A DNA stretch of 64,000 nucleotides from positions 372,001-436,000 of the forward strand of contig JAKMXF010000298.1 of the NCBI GenBank assembly GCA_024704765.1, given 5' to 3'. Shown piece by piece: positions 48,039-57,926 of the stretch (position 1 is the stretch's first letter; each line of letters opens with the position of its first letter). Position numbers and translations under genes: made by a program. The DNA is from Oopsacas minuta (lineage: Eukaryota; Animalia; Porifera). The notes under the pieces were generated by a model. That model ran no database searches, had not been told where the DNA came from, and worked only from the letters and a program-made list of their open reading frames with translations.

Positions 48039-50162
48039 ATGGCAGAAGTGGTTCAACAGACGTCAGTTGACCCTGAAGAAACAGGTCATAGAGATATCGC
48101 AAGGAGGAGAGCTATACGTGAGAAAAAGCGCGTTGTTGTTAAAGATCATACCTTCGAACAACATTTCTTCAAACAACCAACATTTTGCTCGCATTGCCGG
48201 AATTTTATATACGGTATAGGTAAGCAGGGATTTCAATGTCTCCAATGCGGATATGTACTACATAGACATTGTGTTGATTTAGTAGCATTCAACTGTCCAA
48301 AAAGTGCAAAAGGTATTCAGGTATTGAAGAAAGGTGAAGGTAAAGTACACAATTTTCAGGTACACTCATATGGGAAGTTTACATTCTGTGATCACTGTGG
48401 ACAATTGCTGTACGGTCTCTTCAGACAAGGTTACCAATGTAGTGATCAGGAATGTGGCTGTAATGTGCATTCCTATTGTAAGCCTTTCGTTGCTAACTTG
48501 TGTGGGACACATTCCAACGAGAAGTTTGGACGCCTTCAAATGAATATTGTTTTCAATGAGATGAATGATAGAAATCCAGTTATCGTAATCGACATAAAGC
48601 AAGCAAAGAACTTGTTACCAAGTGATGCAGATGGAATGTCAAACTCTTACTGCCAAGTAACAATGCTTGACAAGAAAGGAAAAGAAGTAATCAAACACAA
48701 AACTGAGGTCATAGAAAGGTCATTGGCTCCAGTATTCAATGAGAGTTTCGTGATACCATTCAACCCTTCCAAATGCGAAAGAATGAGCGTTGAAGTAATG
48801 GACTTTTCGGGAAAGTTCTTGGGAGGAATGTCTTTCAATTTGAGTGAGTTGACTAACTTCACAAAACCCCAGGATATCTGGTTCACCCTTTACAATGAGA
48901 ACGTCAGTAGACATCTGAACAATAGAACGATTGTAGAATCAGACGAGGCTGAAATCAAACGGTTAATTGACCAGGTAGCGACTGTACGTTTCTGCTCCCC
49001 AGTAAAATCTCTCCCATTGGACCAAAGTCTCGGCTTATCATTGATACCTGGAATGTGTGAAGAGGATGTCATGGCGTTGGAAAAATTCAAACTCATACAG
49101 GTGCTCGGAAAAGGAGCATTCGGAAAAGTGTTCATGATAGAGAGCAGTGAGTATACAGAAGAAATATTCGCGCTAAAGATAATGCACAAAGAATTGGTGT
49201 TTGAATACGATGCAGCTGACTGTACAATGATGGAGAAACTTGTTTTAGCACTCGAAGACAAAAATAAACCTCCGTTTTTAACGAAACTAAAAGCTTCATT
49301 CCAGGATCAAGATAACCTCTACATGGTGATGGAGTTCCTACCCGGAGGAGATTTACTATTCCATCTGCTTAAAAATGTAAGGTTTACAGATGAACGTTCG
49401 AAATTCTACATAGCTGAAATATCACTCGCTATCTTCTTCCTACACTCTAAAGAAATTATATACCGTGATCTAAAGCCTGATAATGTTCTTCTCAGTGCAG
49501 AGGGACACATAAAACTGGCAGATTTCGGGCTCTGTAAAGAAGGAATAAAGAATGGGAAAAGTACAACCAGGACATATTGCGGAACACTCGACTACATGGC
49601 TCCTGAGATTCTACAACGCAAAGATTATGACAATTCCGTTGACTTGTGGAGTATAGGAGTAATGCTATATGAAATGTTAGCAGGGAGAACTCCATTCGAT
49701 GCTCGTACTGAAGAAATGGTAATCTCCAATATAAAGAATAGGGCTCCAAGCTTCCCAAACAACTTCAATAAAGATGCAATCAAATTAATTACTGCATTGT
49801 TGAAGAAAAATCCCAAAGATAGGCTGGGGTTTGATCCAGGAGACGGGCAGAAAAACTTCCAGGATAATAAATATTTCGCAGATATTGATTGGGATATGCT
49901 GAGGAACCTGCAAATCAAACCGCCATTTGTACCAACATATAAGGGAAAGAAATCAGCAGGAAATTTCGACAAAGAATTCACGCAGGCCTCCATTAGAATA
50001 ACGAAAACTTCTGGTCGAAATTCGATGTTAATGCAGCATGATGCTTTTGATGGGTTTGAGTATACCAGTCCAGATTTGAGGGTAGCGTTACAAAAAGAGA
50101 GAATGAAAAATAAGACAGCCGAAGAACCGAAGAACCCTCAAGAGCCTCAGGTGCCGAATTAG
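48039..50162 (+). CDS. Protein kinase C paralog 2 (C1A-C1B-C2-kinase), intronless, 707 aa
   Basis: Same architecture as 37151-39196 and clearly paralogous, with long near-identical stretches such as KLKASFQD-x-x-NLYMVMEFL-x-GGDLLFHL. Confidence 0.95.
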   Translation: MAEVVQQTSVDPEETGHRDIARRRAIREKKRVVVKDHTFEQHFFKQPTFCSHCRNFIYGIGKQGFQCLQCGYVLHRHCVDLVAFNCPKSAKGIQVLKKGEGKVHNFQVHSYGKFTFCDHCGQLLYGLFRQGYQCSDQECGCNVHSYCKPFVANLCGTHSNEKFGRLQMNIVFNEMNDRNPVIVIDIKQAKNLLPSDADGMSNSYCQVTMLDKKGKEVIKHKTEVIERSLAPVFNESFVIPFNPSKCERMSVEVMDFSGKFLGGMSFNLSELTNFTKPQDIWFTLYNENVSRHLNNRTIVESDEAEIKRLIDQVATVRFCSPVKSLPLDQSLGLSLIPGMCEEDVMALEKFKLIQVLGKGAFGKVFMIESSEYTEEIFALKIMHKELVFEYDAADCTMMEKLVLALEDKNKPPFLTKLKASFQDQDNLYMVMEFLPGGDLLFHLLKNVRFTDERSKFYIAEISLAIFFLHSKEIIYRDLKPDNVLLSAEGHIKLADFGLCKEGIKNGKSTTRTYCGTLDYMAPEILQRKDYDNSVDLWSIGVMLYEMLAGRTPFDARTEEMVISNIKNRAPSFPNNFNKDAIKLITALLKKNPKDRLGFDPGDGQKNFQDNKYFADIDWDMLRNLQIKPPFVPTYKGKKSAGNFDKEFTQASIRITKTSGRNSMLMQHDAFDGFEYTSPDLRVALQKERMKNKTAEEPKNPQEPQVPN

Positions 50163-51373
50163 TAACTAATATTCTGATTGGGATTTATAGATATTTTTGG
50201 TATATTTGTGTTTTGCTATGCTATTAGCAGAGTAGTGTTTTAGCTGTTAGCAATTCGTAATTAGTTTTTGTTCTGCTATGCATCTTACTGGATTAAATAT
50301 AACTTGTGCATATTTTCTAAGAATGTGTAGTAGATTTGGACAGCTTTTTCGTATTTGGCACGTATACTGTTACCATGCTCACAAAGTGCAAAACAGACCT
50401 GAGAGTTCATGCTATGTTCATACCAGGTCCATGCGATAAGTTTAAACTCTTAAATTTGTGTCATTGTCCAAAGTTCATGCCATTAATCAATATTTAAAAC
50501 AGGAAACAGTTAGTGTTTGTTGATAATAAAAGAATAGTTTGTATAATTATGAAAAACAAGACGATAACACAAATTATGTTAATTACTGTTATTCTAAAAC
50601 AATAGTATCGCTAAAAGTGAAGTTATTAACTCAGTATGCTTTTCCTCCGTAGAGTATTATAATTCAAGAAAGTAAATATGAATAATTATTGATGTGTAAT
50701 AGGAAGTATACAGTTATGAAGCCATAAATAGAAGGTAGTTAAACCCTCATGGTTGTGAGTATCCATGGTTGTTATAATAGAAGTAGTTAAATCATCATAC
50801 AACAGTCCAAACAAAGGCCAAAATCTATGAACTTTGTTCATAATCTGGCAAAACTGAACATGTAATAAGCTTGTCAAAGGAGCTTGTCAGAAGTGGCGGT
50901 TGTTATGTAAAGATGGATAATATAGGCAGGTTAATTTAATGGAAACCGTACAGCAGAACAGAACAGTATATTTGTATTTTTAAATGACTGTAATCTACAA
51001 GTGACAGCTACGAGTATGCCTCTCTACTGCAGGTTCCACTGTTTATTGATTGTTTGATAGAGTTGTTTGAGCAATGGTACTTTACTTAGCGGAATTGTGA
51101 AATGTATCAAAATCGAGGCCCGAGGATAACGTAATATTTGAGTCAGGGAAATGTTGAGAATCATGCTGTTTTAATAAATGTAAGTTCAGTGGGTCTGCAG
51201 AACAAATCGCCAAATAGCAATTTGCAGGCATTTAAAGTGTATTTTGTATTGATATAATTTCCTATAGAAGCAAGTACTGTACTCGTATTAGCAAGGGATT
51301 ATAAAATATACACGACAAATATTGTCTTTTCAACTTCATATCTTAAGATATAGGACAAATATCAAAATATCTA

Positions 51374-52123
51374 CTAAACATCTTGATAAGGCAAATACCC
51401 TCTACAATTATCAGATTTACATAAACAAACACTCGTAGCCTTATCAACTATGACGTCACTTCCACCTGCATAATCATACGTAAGCTCTTCTCCTATGGGA
51501 ATATCTTTCAGAGCAAACATACACAAATGAGGAAGAATAGAATTTACTCGTACTGGCATAATTGTTAAATTTGGCTTACAGGAATGATTAATAAAACGAG
51601 ATTCATTTCCCTTTAAAGTAGCATCAATACAAGTAATGAATGTCTTCGTATCTCCAGCATGTTCCTTCAGGATAATTATATAACAAGGATCTATTGTATT
51701 CAGTTTTTCTAACCGTTTTTTCGCTTCTCTAACTTTGATAATTTCTCCAATAAATTCTATGACAAATTGCCCAGTTGAAAATTGTGTATGACAACGTAAT
51801 CCAAGACCCTTATAGTCTGTATTGAATACTTGAAAGCAGTACAAATAATCTCTCTGAGTTACTCTATTAGCACAGTTTAAATCACAAACACAATTAGAAT
51901 TACATTCAAATATAGGATAATTGAATTTTGAAAGGATGTGATCAATCTTCAGGAATCCTTCATCGTATACATATTTAGATTTGTTAAGACAACTGCATTG
52001 TGAATCTAAACATGTTTTACAATGACAACCAGGGTAATAACTTTCTGTATCACTAATACCTTCTATAGAATACTCACGTTTGAAAATACGTTGAAATAAG
52101 GCAGTAGGATAATTTGAGGCCAT
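51374..52123 (-). CDS. SETMAR: SETMAR-type histone-lysine N-methyltransferase (pre-SET/SET/post-SET, no transposase)
   Basis: Cys-rich pre-SET ending IFECNSNCVC...CANRVTQ, KGLGL, FVIEFIGE, SRFINHSCKPN, ELTYDY, post-SET CLCKSDNCRGYLP. Confidence 0.8.
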   Translation of the reverse strand: MASNYPTALFQRIFKREYSIEGISDTESYYPGCHCKTCLDSQCSCLNKSKYVYDEGFLKIDHILSKFNYPIFECNSNCVCDLNCANRVTQRDYLYCFQVFNTDYKGLGLRCHTQFSTGQFVIEFIGEIIKVREAKKRLEKLNTIDPCYIIILKEHAGDTKTFITCIDATLKGNESRFINHSCKPNLTIMPVRVNSILPHLCMFALKDIPIGEELTYDYAGGSDVIVDKATSVCLCKSDNCRGYLPYQDV

Positions 52124-52837
52124 TTAGTAGAATAACTAATTATCATGTGATATCACAGACAATAAGAAGAGCTGTGACACTCAGAAACGTGATTAATTGA
52201 GGTAGGTTGGAGGCGTATGGAACCATAGGAATGCAGTATAACCTCCAATTGAGAATCAGTGAAATGGAACGTGAATGTCTCATGAGGTAATACATTGGGA
52301 ATATCAAGTTCATAATCATGCTAGATGCTTTATATTATAATATACAATATATTTATCAAAAATCTAAATGCATAATCTTGAAGTAATTACAGTGATGGGG
52401 CTCATAAATCATGTAGCATTGAACAATGACGCCACTCCAATCATAGGTATTTTGGTATACATTCACAAAATAAGCGAGTACAAAAGTTATTATAAGAGTA
52501 ATGAAACTTCCTGATTTTTAGCTTGCAACAACGCATCGCTCCGTATTAGAACCATTTGTATTACTACAGAAATAATATTACAATTTCGCGCAGGGGAAAA
52601 GTACAGTAACTCCCCGTTATATCGAAGGAATTGATTTTACTCAGCTTACCAAGATCCCAACTCCCAAGCACTGCGTTATAACGAGTGTTAATTACTGTAT
52701 TAGTGAAATTATTTCCCTAGCTCGAAGTTTGGATATTCCTATATCATTAATAGAGTAGATGTATATACTTAACCTACAATTATCAGTATTCAGATACACA
52801 GCAAAGCTTAACACCTATAATATCATAAGAGAGATAA

Positions 52838-53905
52838 CTATTCATCTTTCTTAGGATCAGAAATTTTCAGTTCTTCCTTATTCCCTTCCAATTCTTCTTC
52901 ATCATAATCTTCATACTTCAATAGAGCTCCCAAATCACCACAAAGGAATGCAGTCATTAGGGGTATTCCTAAACAAGCAGGTACGAGGTAGAGTAGTGCA
53001 GGCTGCGCCGCTTGGAATGTTGTCAAAACAAAAATAGTAACTACCATGCCAAGAATGTAAGAAATCAAACTAGTGTAAAAATAGAATTTTGACCCAGGCT
53101 TTAGAGAGTGATCAAATCTGCAAAACATTGCTATTAACAGCCCAGGAACAACGATGTCACCAAGACCTAACATTGTATGTGATTTTCCTGCAAATCCTAT
53201 GTCAATAAAATCCAATGGGAACATTAATTTTATCGGCGCATCAAATGACTTAGCTACAGTCACCATTACATCAGTGCCGAATACCCAGAAAATGTCATAA
53301 ATGAATAGCCCACCCATCATAATGCTAGCGACAGATACACTTTGTATTGGAATTGTTTCTATAGCCGAAGTGGCCAGTGTTAGACCGAATAGATTGTTCG
53401 CTACCCAGTGCTTCTCCATGAAATACCAACCTCCGAATAAACCCGAGAATACAAAAGATAGAATAGTGAGAGCAGTAATTGGAGTACCAAACAGATTGAA
53501 TAACACACTTTGAGTGAATCCACGGTTAACGATAGTTTTCTCAATGAAGAATGACATACTAACAACGCCCAACCATGTGAATAACAATGATATTAAAAGG
53601 TTGACAAGATCAGGGGGAAGATACTTAAAGATTAAGTAGAAACTGAATAATACTCCGCTAGCGTAGAATGGGAACAGCATAGCTTTTTTCTTTGTGATTA
53701 TGTCTGTATTTCCTTGATTCCCAGTTTCTCTTACCAGGATATGGAACGCAACAGAACGAATAGAACCGATAATAATAGGAGTAAGAGCCATCGTTAACAT
53801 ACTGGAGTATGCAATAATGAGAGCTTCTCTAGATGCATTGTAACGTGTAAGATTAGTTGATGTGTTTAAAGACGAATCAGCTGTTGGAAGTTCTGTTTCT
53901 GACAT
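52838..53905 (-). CDS. HM13: Signal peptide peptidase (GxGD aspartyl intramembrane protease), intronless, 355 aa
   Basis: HWVANNLFG, YDIFWVFGTDVMVTVAKSFDAPIKL, MLGLGDIVVPG, QPALLYLVP. Confidence 0.95.
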   Translation of the reverse strand: MSETELPTADSSLNTSTNLTRYNASREALIIAYSSMLTMALTPIIIGSIRSVAFHILVRETGNQGNTDIITKKKAMLFPFYASGVLFSFYLIFKYLPPDLVNLLISLLFTWLGVVSMSFFIEKTIVNRGFTQSVLFNLFGTPITALTILSFVFSGLFGGWYFMEKHWVANNLFGLTLATSAIETIPIQSVSVASIMMGGLFIYDIFWVFGTDVMVTVAKSFDAPIKLMFPLDFIDIGFAGKSHTMLGLGDIVVPGLLIAMFCRFDHSLKPGSKFYFYTSLISYILGMVVTIFVLTTFQAAQPALLYLVPACLGIPLMTAFLCGDLGALLKYEDYDEEELEGNKEELKISDPKKDE

Positions 53906-54346
53906 ACTGAATATTTCGTGTTATTATGTGGTAGCTAATAATAGAAAGATGAAGTAATCTAACAAATCATTTCATAAAGTGTTCGAATCGAAATTAATAA
54001 AATGCAAGGAATAACAACTTTTGATTTGTTGACAATTTGAAATGGATTTAATTAGAAAATAATAATACAATAAATATAAGATATCTCAACGAAATTGTGA
54101 ATGTGAATAATACACACAGGTCATCACTTGAAAGCCTTGGAAATTGGCAGGCTCTCAACCTGGAAATTTTAAATAATCAGATCCGTGAAAATCTCACAAC
54201 TCGATCGGGAGAAGTACGAATTAGTATTAGTTTGTATGAAATGACTATGGATTGTGGTAACTGGTAGGTGTGGGCCAGAAATTGTGAGCACACAACCGAT
54301 GGGTTGTGATATTATAGACGAGTTGAATGTACTATTGGGAAGAAAT

Positions 54347-54413
54347 AGATTCAAATAAGATCAAACAAATAATAACAATAAAGTTTCTATTATTTCCATC
54401 ATATAATGAACCA
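54347..54413 (-). promoter_or_regulatory. SECIS element of SelL copy 1
   Basis: Minus strand: tggttca-ttat-ATGA-t-ggaaataatag-AAA-ctttattg-ttattattt(g)tt-t-GAT-cttatt-tgaatct. Helix I ggttca/tgaatc, GA quartet, 11-bp helix II with one bulge, AAA 12 nt after ATGA. Confidence 0.88.
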
Positions 54414-54422
54414 ATATAAAAG

Positions 54423-55034
54423 TTATAATTTACTTTTGAGCTCAGTGTTGACTACATGAATCAGCTGATCAACAACTGGTCTATCATCAGGTCTCTCACA
54501 ACGATAAAGATAAACAATCCGTCCTTCTTTGTCAACAAGAGCATCTCCCCCTAATTGAGTTACTTCCTCATCACTACGCGGTTTTCGTATCGAGTGACCT
54601 TGAAGCGATTTCTGTAAATACCACCACAATGTCCACGCATGCCAACTCTTATATGTTGAATTAGCGAATCCAAACGCCTTATAAATAGACGTATTGTGAG
54701 TGATAAATAAGGGAAAATTAACGTTTGTGTATTTCAGCCAGTTTATCGCAGTCTCTCTGTCGTAAATAGCTAACAGGACAATATTAAGCTTATCTAGCAA
54801 ATCTTGAGAATTAGATAGCTCTTGTACATGTAGTTGTCATGGAAGTCAATTGGAATGTCTCAAGAAAACGAATAGAGTATGTTTTGAAAATTTTCCAATT
54901 TCGTCATGTCCTTTAGAAATGTCTAGTAAAGAAATAGAATTTCCATTCTGACAATCTGTGACGCGTATAGAGGGTTGTAAAGTGTCTCCAATGTTGAGAG
55001 GAGGGATCAGAGTGTCAGGATACTGTTCAGCCAT
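54423..55034 (-). CDS. SELENOL: Selenoprotein L-like (AhpC/TSA, Prx-like Trx fold) with two Sec residues (ULPU), single exon, 203 aa
   Basis: One continuous frame: LFVFLRHSN-TGA(54846-48)-CTT-CCA-TGA(54837-39)-QLHVQEL...QLGGDALVDKEG...ERPDDRP, ending at TAA. It joins the two ORF-track fragments 54846-55034 and 54423-54800. SECIS immediately downstream. Confidence 0.92.
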
Positions 55035-55709
55035 AAAATGACCAGAAATGATACTGAAAATTCTAGTTGGATGAATAAAAAGTTAATAATATTTAAAGAT
55101 TCAAGTCATTAATGAAGTGTTCCACCAAAATGTCATTTACATAAAACAAATAGAATTAAAAGGTATCAGGTAGTGACGTAGCTGTACCTGGACCCAGGCT
55201 TTATATTCGTGAAAATTGACGCGAAAGACAAATTCGGGAACGAAGAGACTAGACTGTATTTAATACCAATATTTCCCATAAATTCAATAATCATAGGAAG
55301 TTTGGCTAAAGCGCTTGTACTTTTAGTTGAATTCACCCTTGACAAATCTACGTTGAAAATAACATATGAAACGGCATTGGAGTGCAGCATTTCGAAAAAG
55401 ACACTCAAAATACATCATTCCAAAGTATAATATAATTTAAGGTCTGTTGAATTCTATTAGTTTAAAAGAATTCATGCAGTCATCTGGTATAAATTACAGT
55501 TTGAGCGAATTTGATAATCCTCACATGAAACCAGTTATGAATATCTTTCGCCTTTACACATCATAAAACATATCTCTCAGCGCATCAATATGAATATGGG
55601 ACTTTGCGTAATACCAAATATATATATATAAATACAAAATTTGATACTAATCATGAAAATATTATCCACCACATCGGGAAATATGATTTAACGAAACTTC
55701 ACATAATAA

Positions 55710-55900
55710 ATGGCAGAAGCTGAAAAGAAGTCTGCCACAAAGATAATGATAGGAGATAAAGCTCCCTTATCAAAGTTTCTCTGAGATTTTGAATTCGTCT
55801 CTCTTCCACAAATTTGTGCGAAGAATGACTCAAAGAAAACACTATTTGTGTTCTTACGTCATCATAAATGAGGCTTTTGATAAGAGTATATACTTGAGTT
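55710..55900 (+). pseudogene. 5'-only truncated SelL-like pseudogene retaining a UGFU motif
   Basis: MAEAEKKSATKIMIGDKAPLSKFL*...DSKKTLFVFLRHHK-TGA(55869)-GGC-TTT-TGA(55878)-TAA. Premature TGA at 55782 aligns with AGA in the paralog. A 9-nt deletion is present and homology is lost after ~55900. Upstream ~55435-55710 resembles ~56478-56754. Confidence 0.85.
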
Positions 55901-56753
55901 GGAAAGTATTTGTTTGTCCACTTTGTATTATAATGATAGGGGAAGATGATCTGCGTACATAATATAGGGACTAACATATCCTTCTGGTGACGATATAGGA
56001 AAAGTAAACAATTACATTAGGATTAGCGAGTATGCTGATTCCGATTTTCTTTCGAGTTAATCCTATGCAAATATATTTGTTGTTTCATGAATATAAAGTA
56101 AAATATAAAGTCCCATGCAAACACAAGTGTTCGCAAGTCGAGCAGCGCGAGAAAGCGAAGCGGCTCGTGTAGTAAGAAAATACGATGAAATTGGAATTTT
56201 AATATAAATAATTCACACAATATAGATATGGAAACTGAGCTGGACTAAACCGAAAGCAATTTCGAATAAAGAGACTGTTTTGAATAGTCCAATCCTGAAG
56301 GAAAATTCGAAATTGGCGAGTATTGTAAGAGCTGAAGTAAAGGTGACAGTTATAAATTTTGCTGGTGATTATTGGCCATAATTAGTAATTTTATGAAAAA
56401 ATTACCAAAATAATTATTAGTTATATAACTCGAACATACAGTGAATCTTGCAGAGTAACTACAGGAATAGAATTCAAGGTCTGGTGAAATCTATTAATTT
56501 GAAGATTATCATGCGTTTATCTGTTATAATCTACAGCTTTGTAAAGTATACAGAGGGGATTGGAAAATTCGCGTATAAACCAGTCAAGTATAGCTTTCAT
56601 CTTTATAAATCAAATAACACATCACATTAATATGAATAGGGACTTTGCTATAATACCGCATATACACGTATATAAAATATTAGAGTGTACACTTTTCATG
56701 AAAATATAATCTGGATATATCGATATACAATTTACCGAAATTCCACACAATAA

Positions 56754-57323
56754 ATGGCAGAAGCATATGAAAATAAGCCTACCTCTCGGATAATGATAGG
56801 AGACCAAGCTCCCTTATCAATGTATTTAAGAGAAATTGAAAACGGAGAACTTATCTCTATTCCACAAATTTGTGCAAAGGATAACTCCAAAAGCACTCTG
56901 TTTGTATTCTTACGTCATTTCAATTGTATGTTTAGCAGAGAACATATACGTGAGTTGGAAAATACTCCCGCAATACTAGACCAACTTAACGTAGTGATTG
57001 TCTCAAATTTCGAGAAAGATGCAATTAAAGAATGGAAGCAGAAAGTCAACACAACTCTACCCATGTATATGGACCCAGAATTAGACCTGTACAAAATAAT
57101 GGGCTTTTCAGAGACAGCAAATACGAAAGCTAAGACTTTTTTCAAGGCAATTATACTGTCAATGAAAACTCGTTCAATTCCACAGAGATCTGGGAGAGAT
57201 ACACCAGGTCATTTGGGTGGAAATATGATTGTGGACAAGGAAGGAAAGGTAACATATCTTTATAGAAGCGAGAGTCCTGACGATAGACCACTTCCTTATG
57301 ACATATTGAAATCGCTCAGATAA
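56754..57323 (+). CDS. SelL-like paralog without Sec: CxxS (CMFS) active site, 189 aa
   Basis: LFVFLRHFN-C(TGT 56925)-M-F-S(AGC 56934)-REH aligns with the UxxU of its neighbours. HLGGNMIVDKEG...RSESPDDRP. No in-frame TGA; stop is TAA. Confidence 0.92.
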   Translation: MAEAYENKPTSRIMIGDQAPLSMYLREIENGELISIPQICAKDNSKSTLFVFLRHFNCMFSREHIRELENTPAILDQLNVVIVSNFEKDAIKEWKQKVNTTLPMYMDPELDLYKIMGFSETANTKAKTFFKAIILSMKTRSIPQRSGRDTPGHLGGNMIVDKEGKVTYLYRSESPDDRPLPYDILKSLR

Positions 57324-57370
57324 TTCAAATTTGCTGATAAATCGGGAGGATGTAATGTAAGAATTGGTGA

Positions 57371-57434
57371 ACTCAATAGTGATGTGAATAATATAAACAT
57401 TTATTTATTGATATTATTTGCTGATTTGTAGAGT
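57371..57434 (+). promoter_or_regulatory. Retained (fossil) SECIS-like element with GUGA core, downstream of the Sec-free CMFS paralog
   Basis: actc-aata-GTGA-t-gtgaataatat-AAA-catttatttattg-atattatttgc-t-GAT-ttgta-gagt. Helix I actc/gagt, fully paired 11-bp helix II (WC/GU). Sequence visibly homologous to the SECIS at 57819-57883. Confidence 0.8.
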
Positions 57435-57818
57435 GAGACAATTAAATAAATTCTCTGAATTTTCCAATTATGCAAATTTCTTCAGCTGGGCTTTTCCGAA
57501 ACTTGTTTTAAACAGTCAATTCTGCAAAATTTGGAGGCTTGTATTCAGGAAATATGTCCCGAACAAAGAAAGGTCCCGACAACGGAATGTTATAGCCGCA
57601 ATTTAGGATATAATACATTCTGCATGTGTGACCAATTGTGTTTGGCTAGCTGAGATATACTATTATTGCTAGAGTACTGTTCAATTCAAAGTTTGAACAC
57701 ACTTAAGAATTATAAGGTCAATTCATAGAAATTAACGCAATTTAGAGAAAATTTCCTTTAATAACGTAACATCTAATAAAACGCACATAACAATTGAGAG
57801 AAGAAATAATAACTGGCT

Positions 57819-57883
57819 TGACTCTATAAATCAGTGAAGAATATCAATGATTTGTTTCTATACTTCACTTCATAGACGAGTCT
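57819..57883 (-). promoter_or_regulatory. SECIS element (form 2) of SelL copy 4
   Basis: Minus strand: agactc-gtct-ATGA-a-gtgaagtatag-AAA-caa(atca)ttg-atattcttcac-t-GAT-ttata-gagtca. Helix I gactc/gagtc, helix II, AAA bulge and apical mini-stem caa/ttg. Confidence 0.9.
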
Positions 57884-57926
57884 TACACAACTCTTATATC
57901 TAATCCCAATTCTAATCGAAATTCAA

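Noticed and set aside
51000-52123. SET-mariner transposase fusion as in primate SETMAR
   Set aside because: The ORF stops right after post-SET and no transposase frame follows. A SET-only form is the expected state outside anthropoid primates.
54117-54162. Hairpin (caggt...ttgagagcct/aggctttcaa...acctg) as a second SECIS for SelL copy 1
   Set aside because: No ATGA/GTGA core at the correct distance from an AA, and the GA quartet geometry is wrong. The canonical SECIS at 54347-54413 already explains the gene.
55166-55430. Overlapping 73-80 aa ORFs between SelL copies 1 and 2
   Set aside because: No recognisable homology to SelL or any other family; likely chance ORFs.
55782-55784. Extra TGA in the truncated SelL copy as a third Sec
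   Set aside because: It aligns with AGA (Arg) in copy 3, outside the redox motif. The copy also has a TAA right after the motif, is truncated and has no SECIS.
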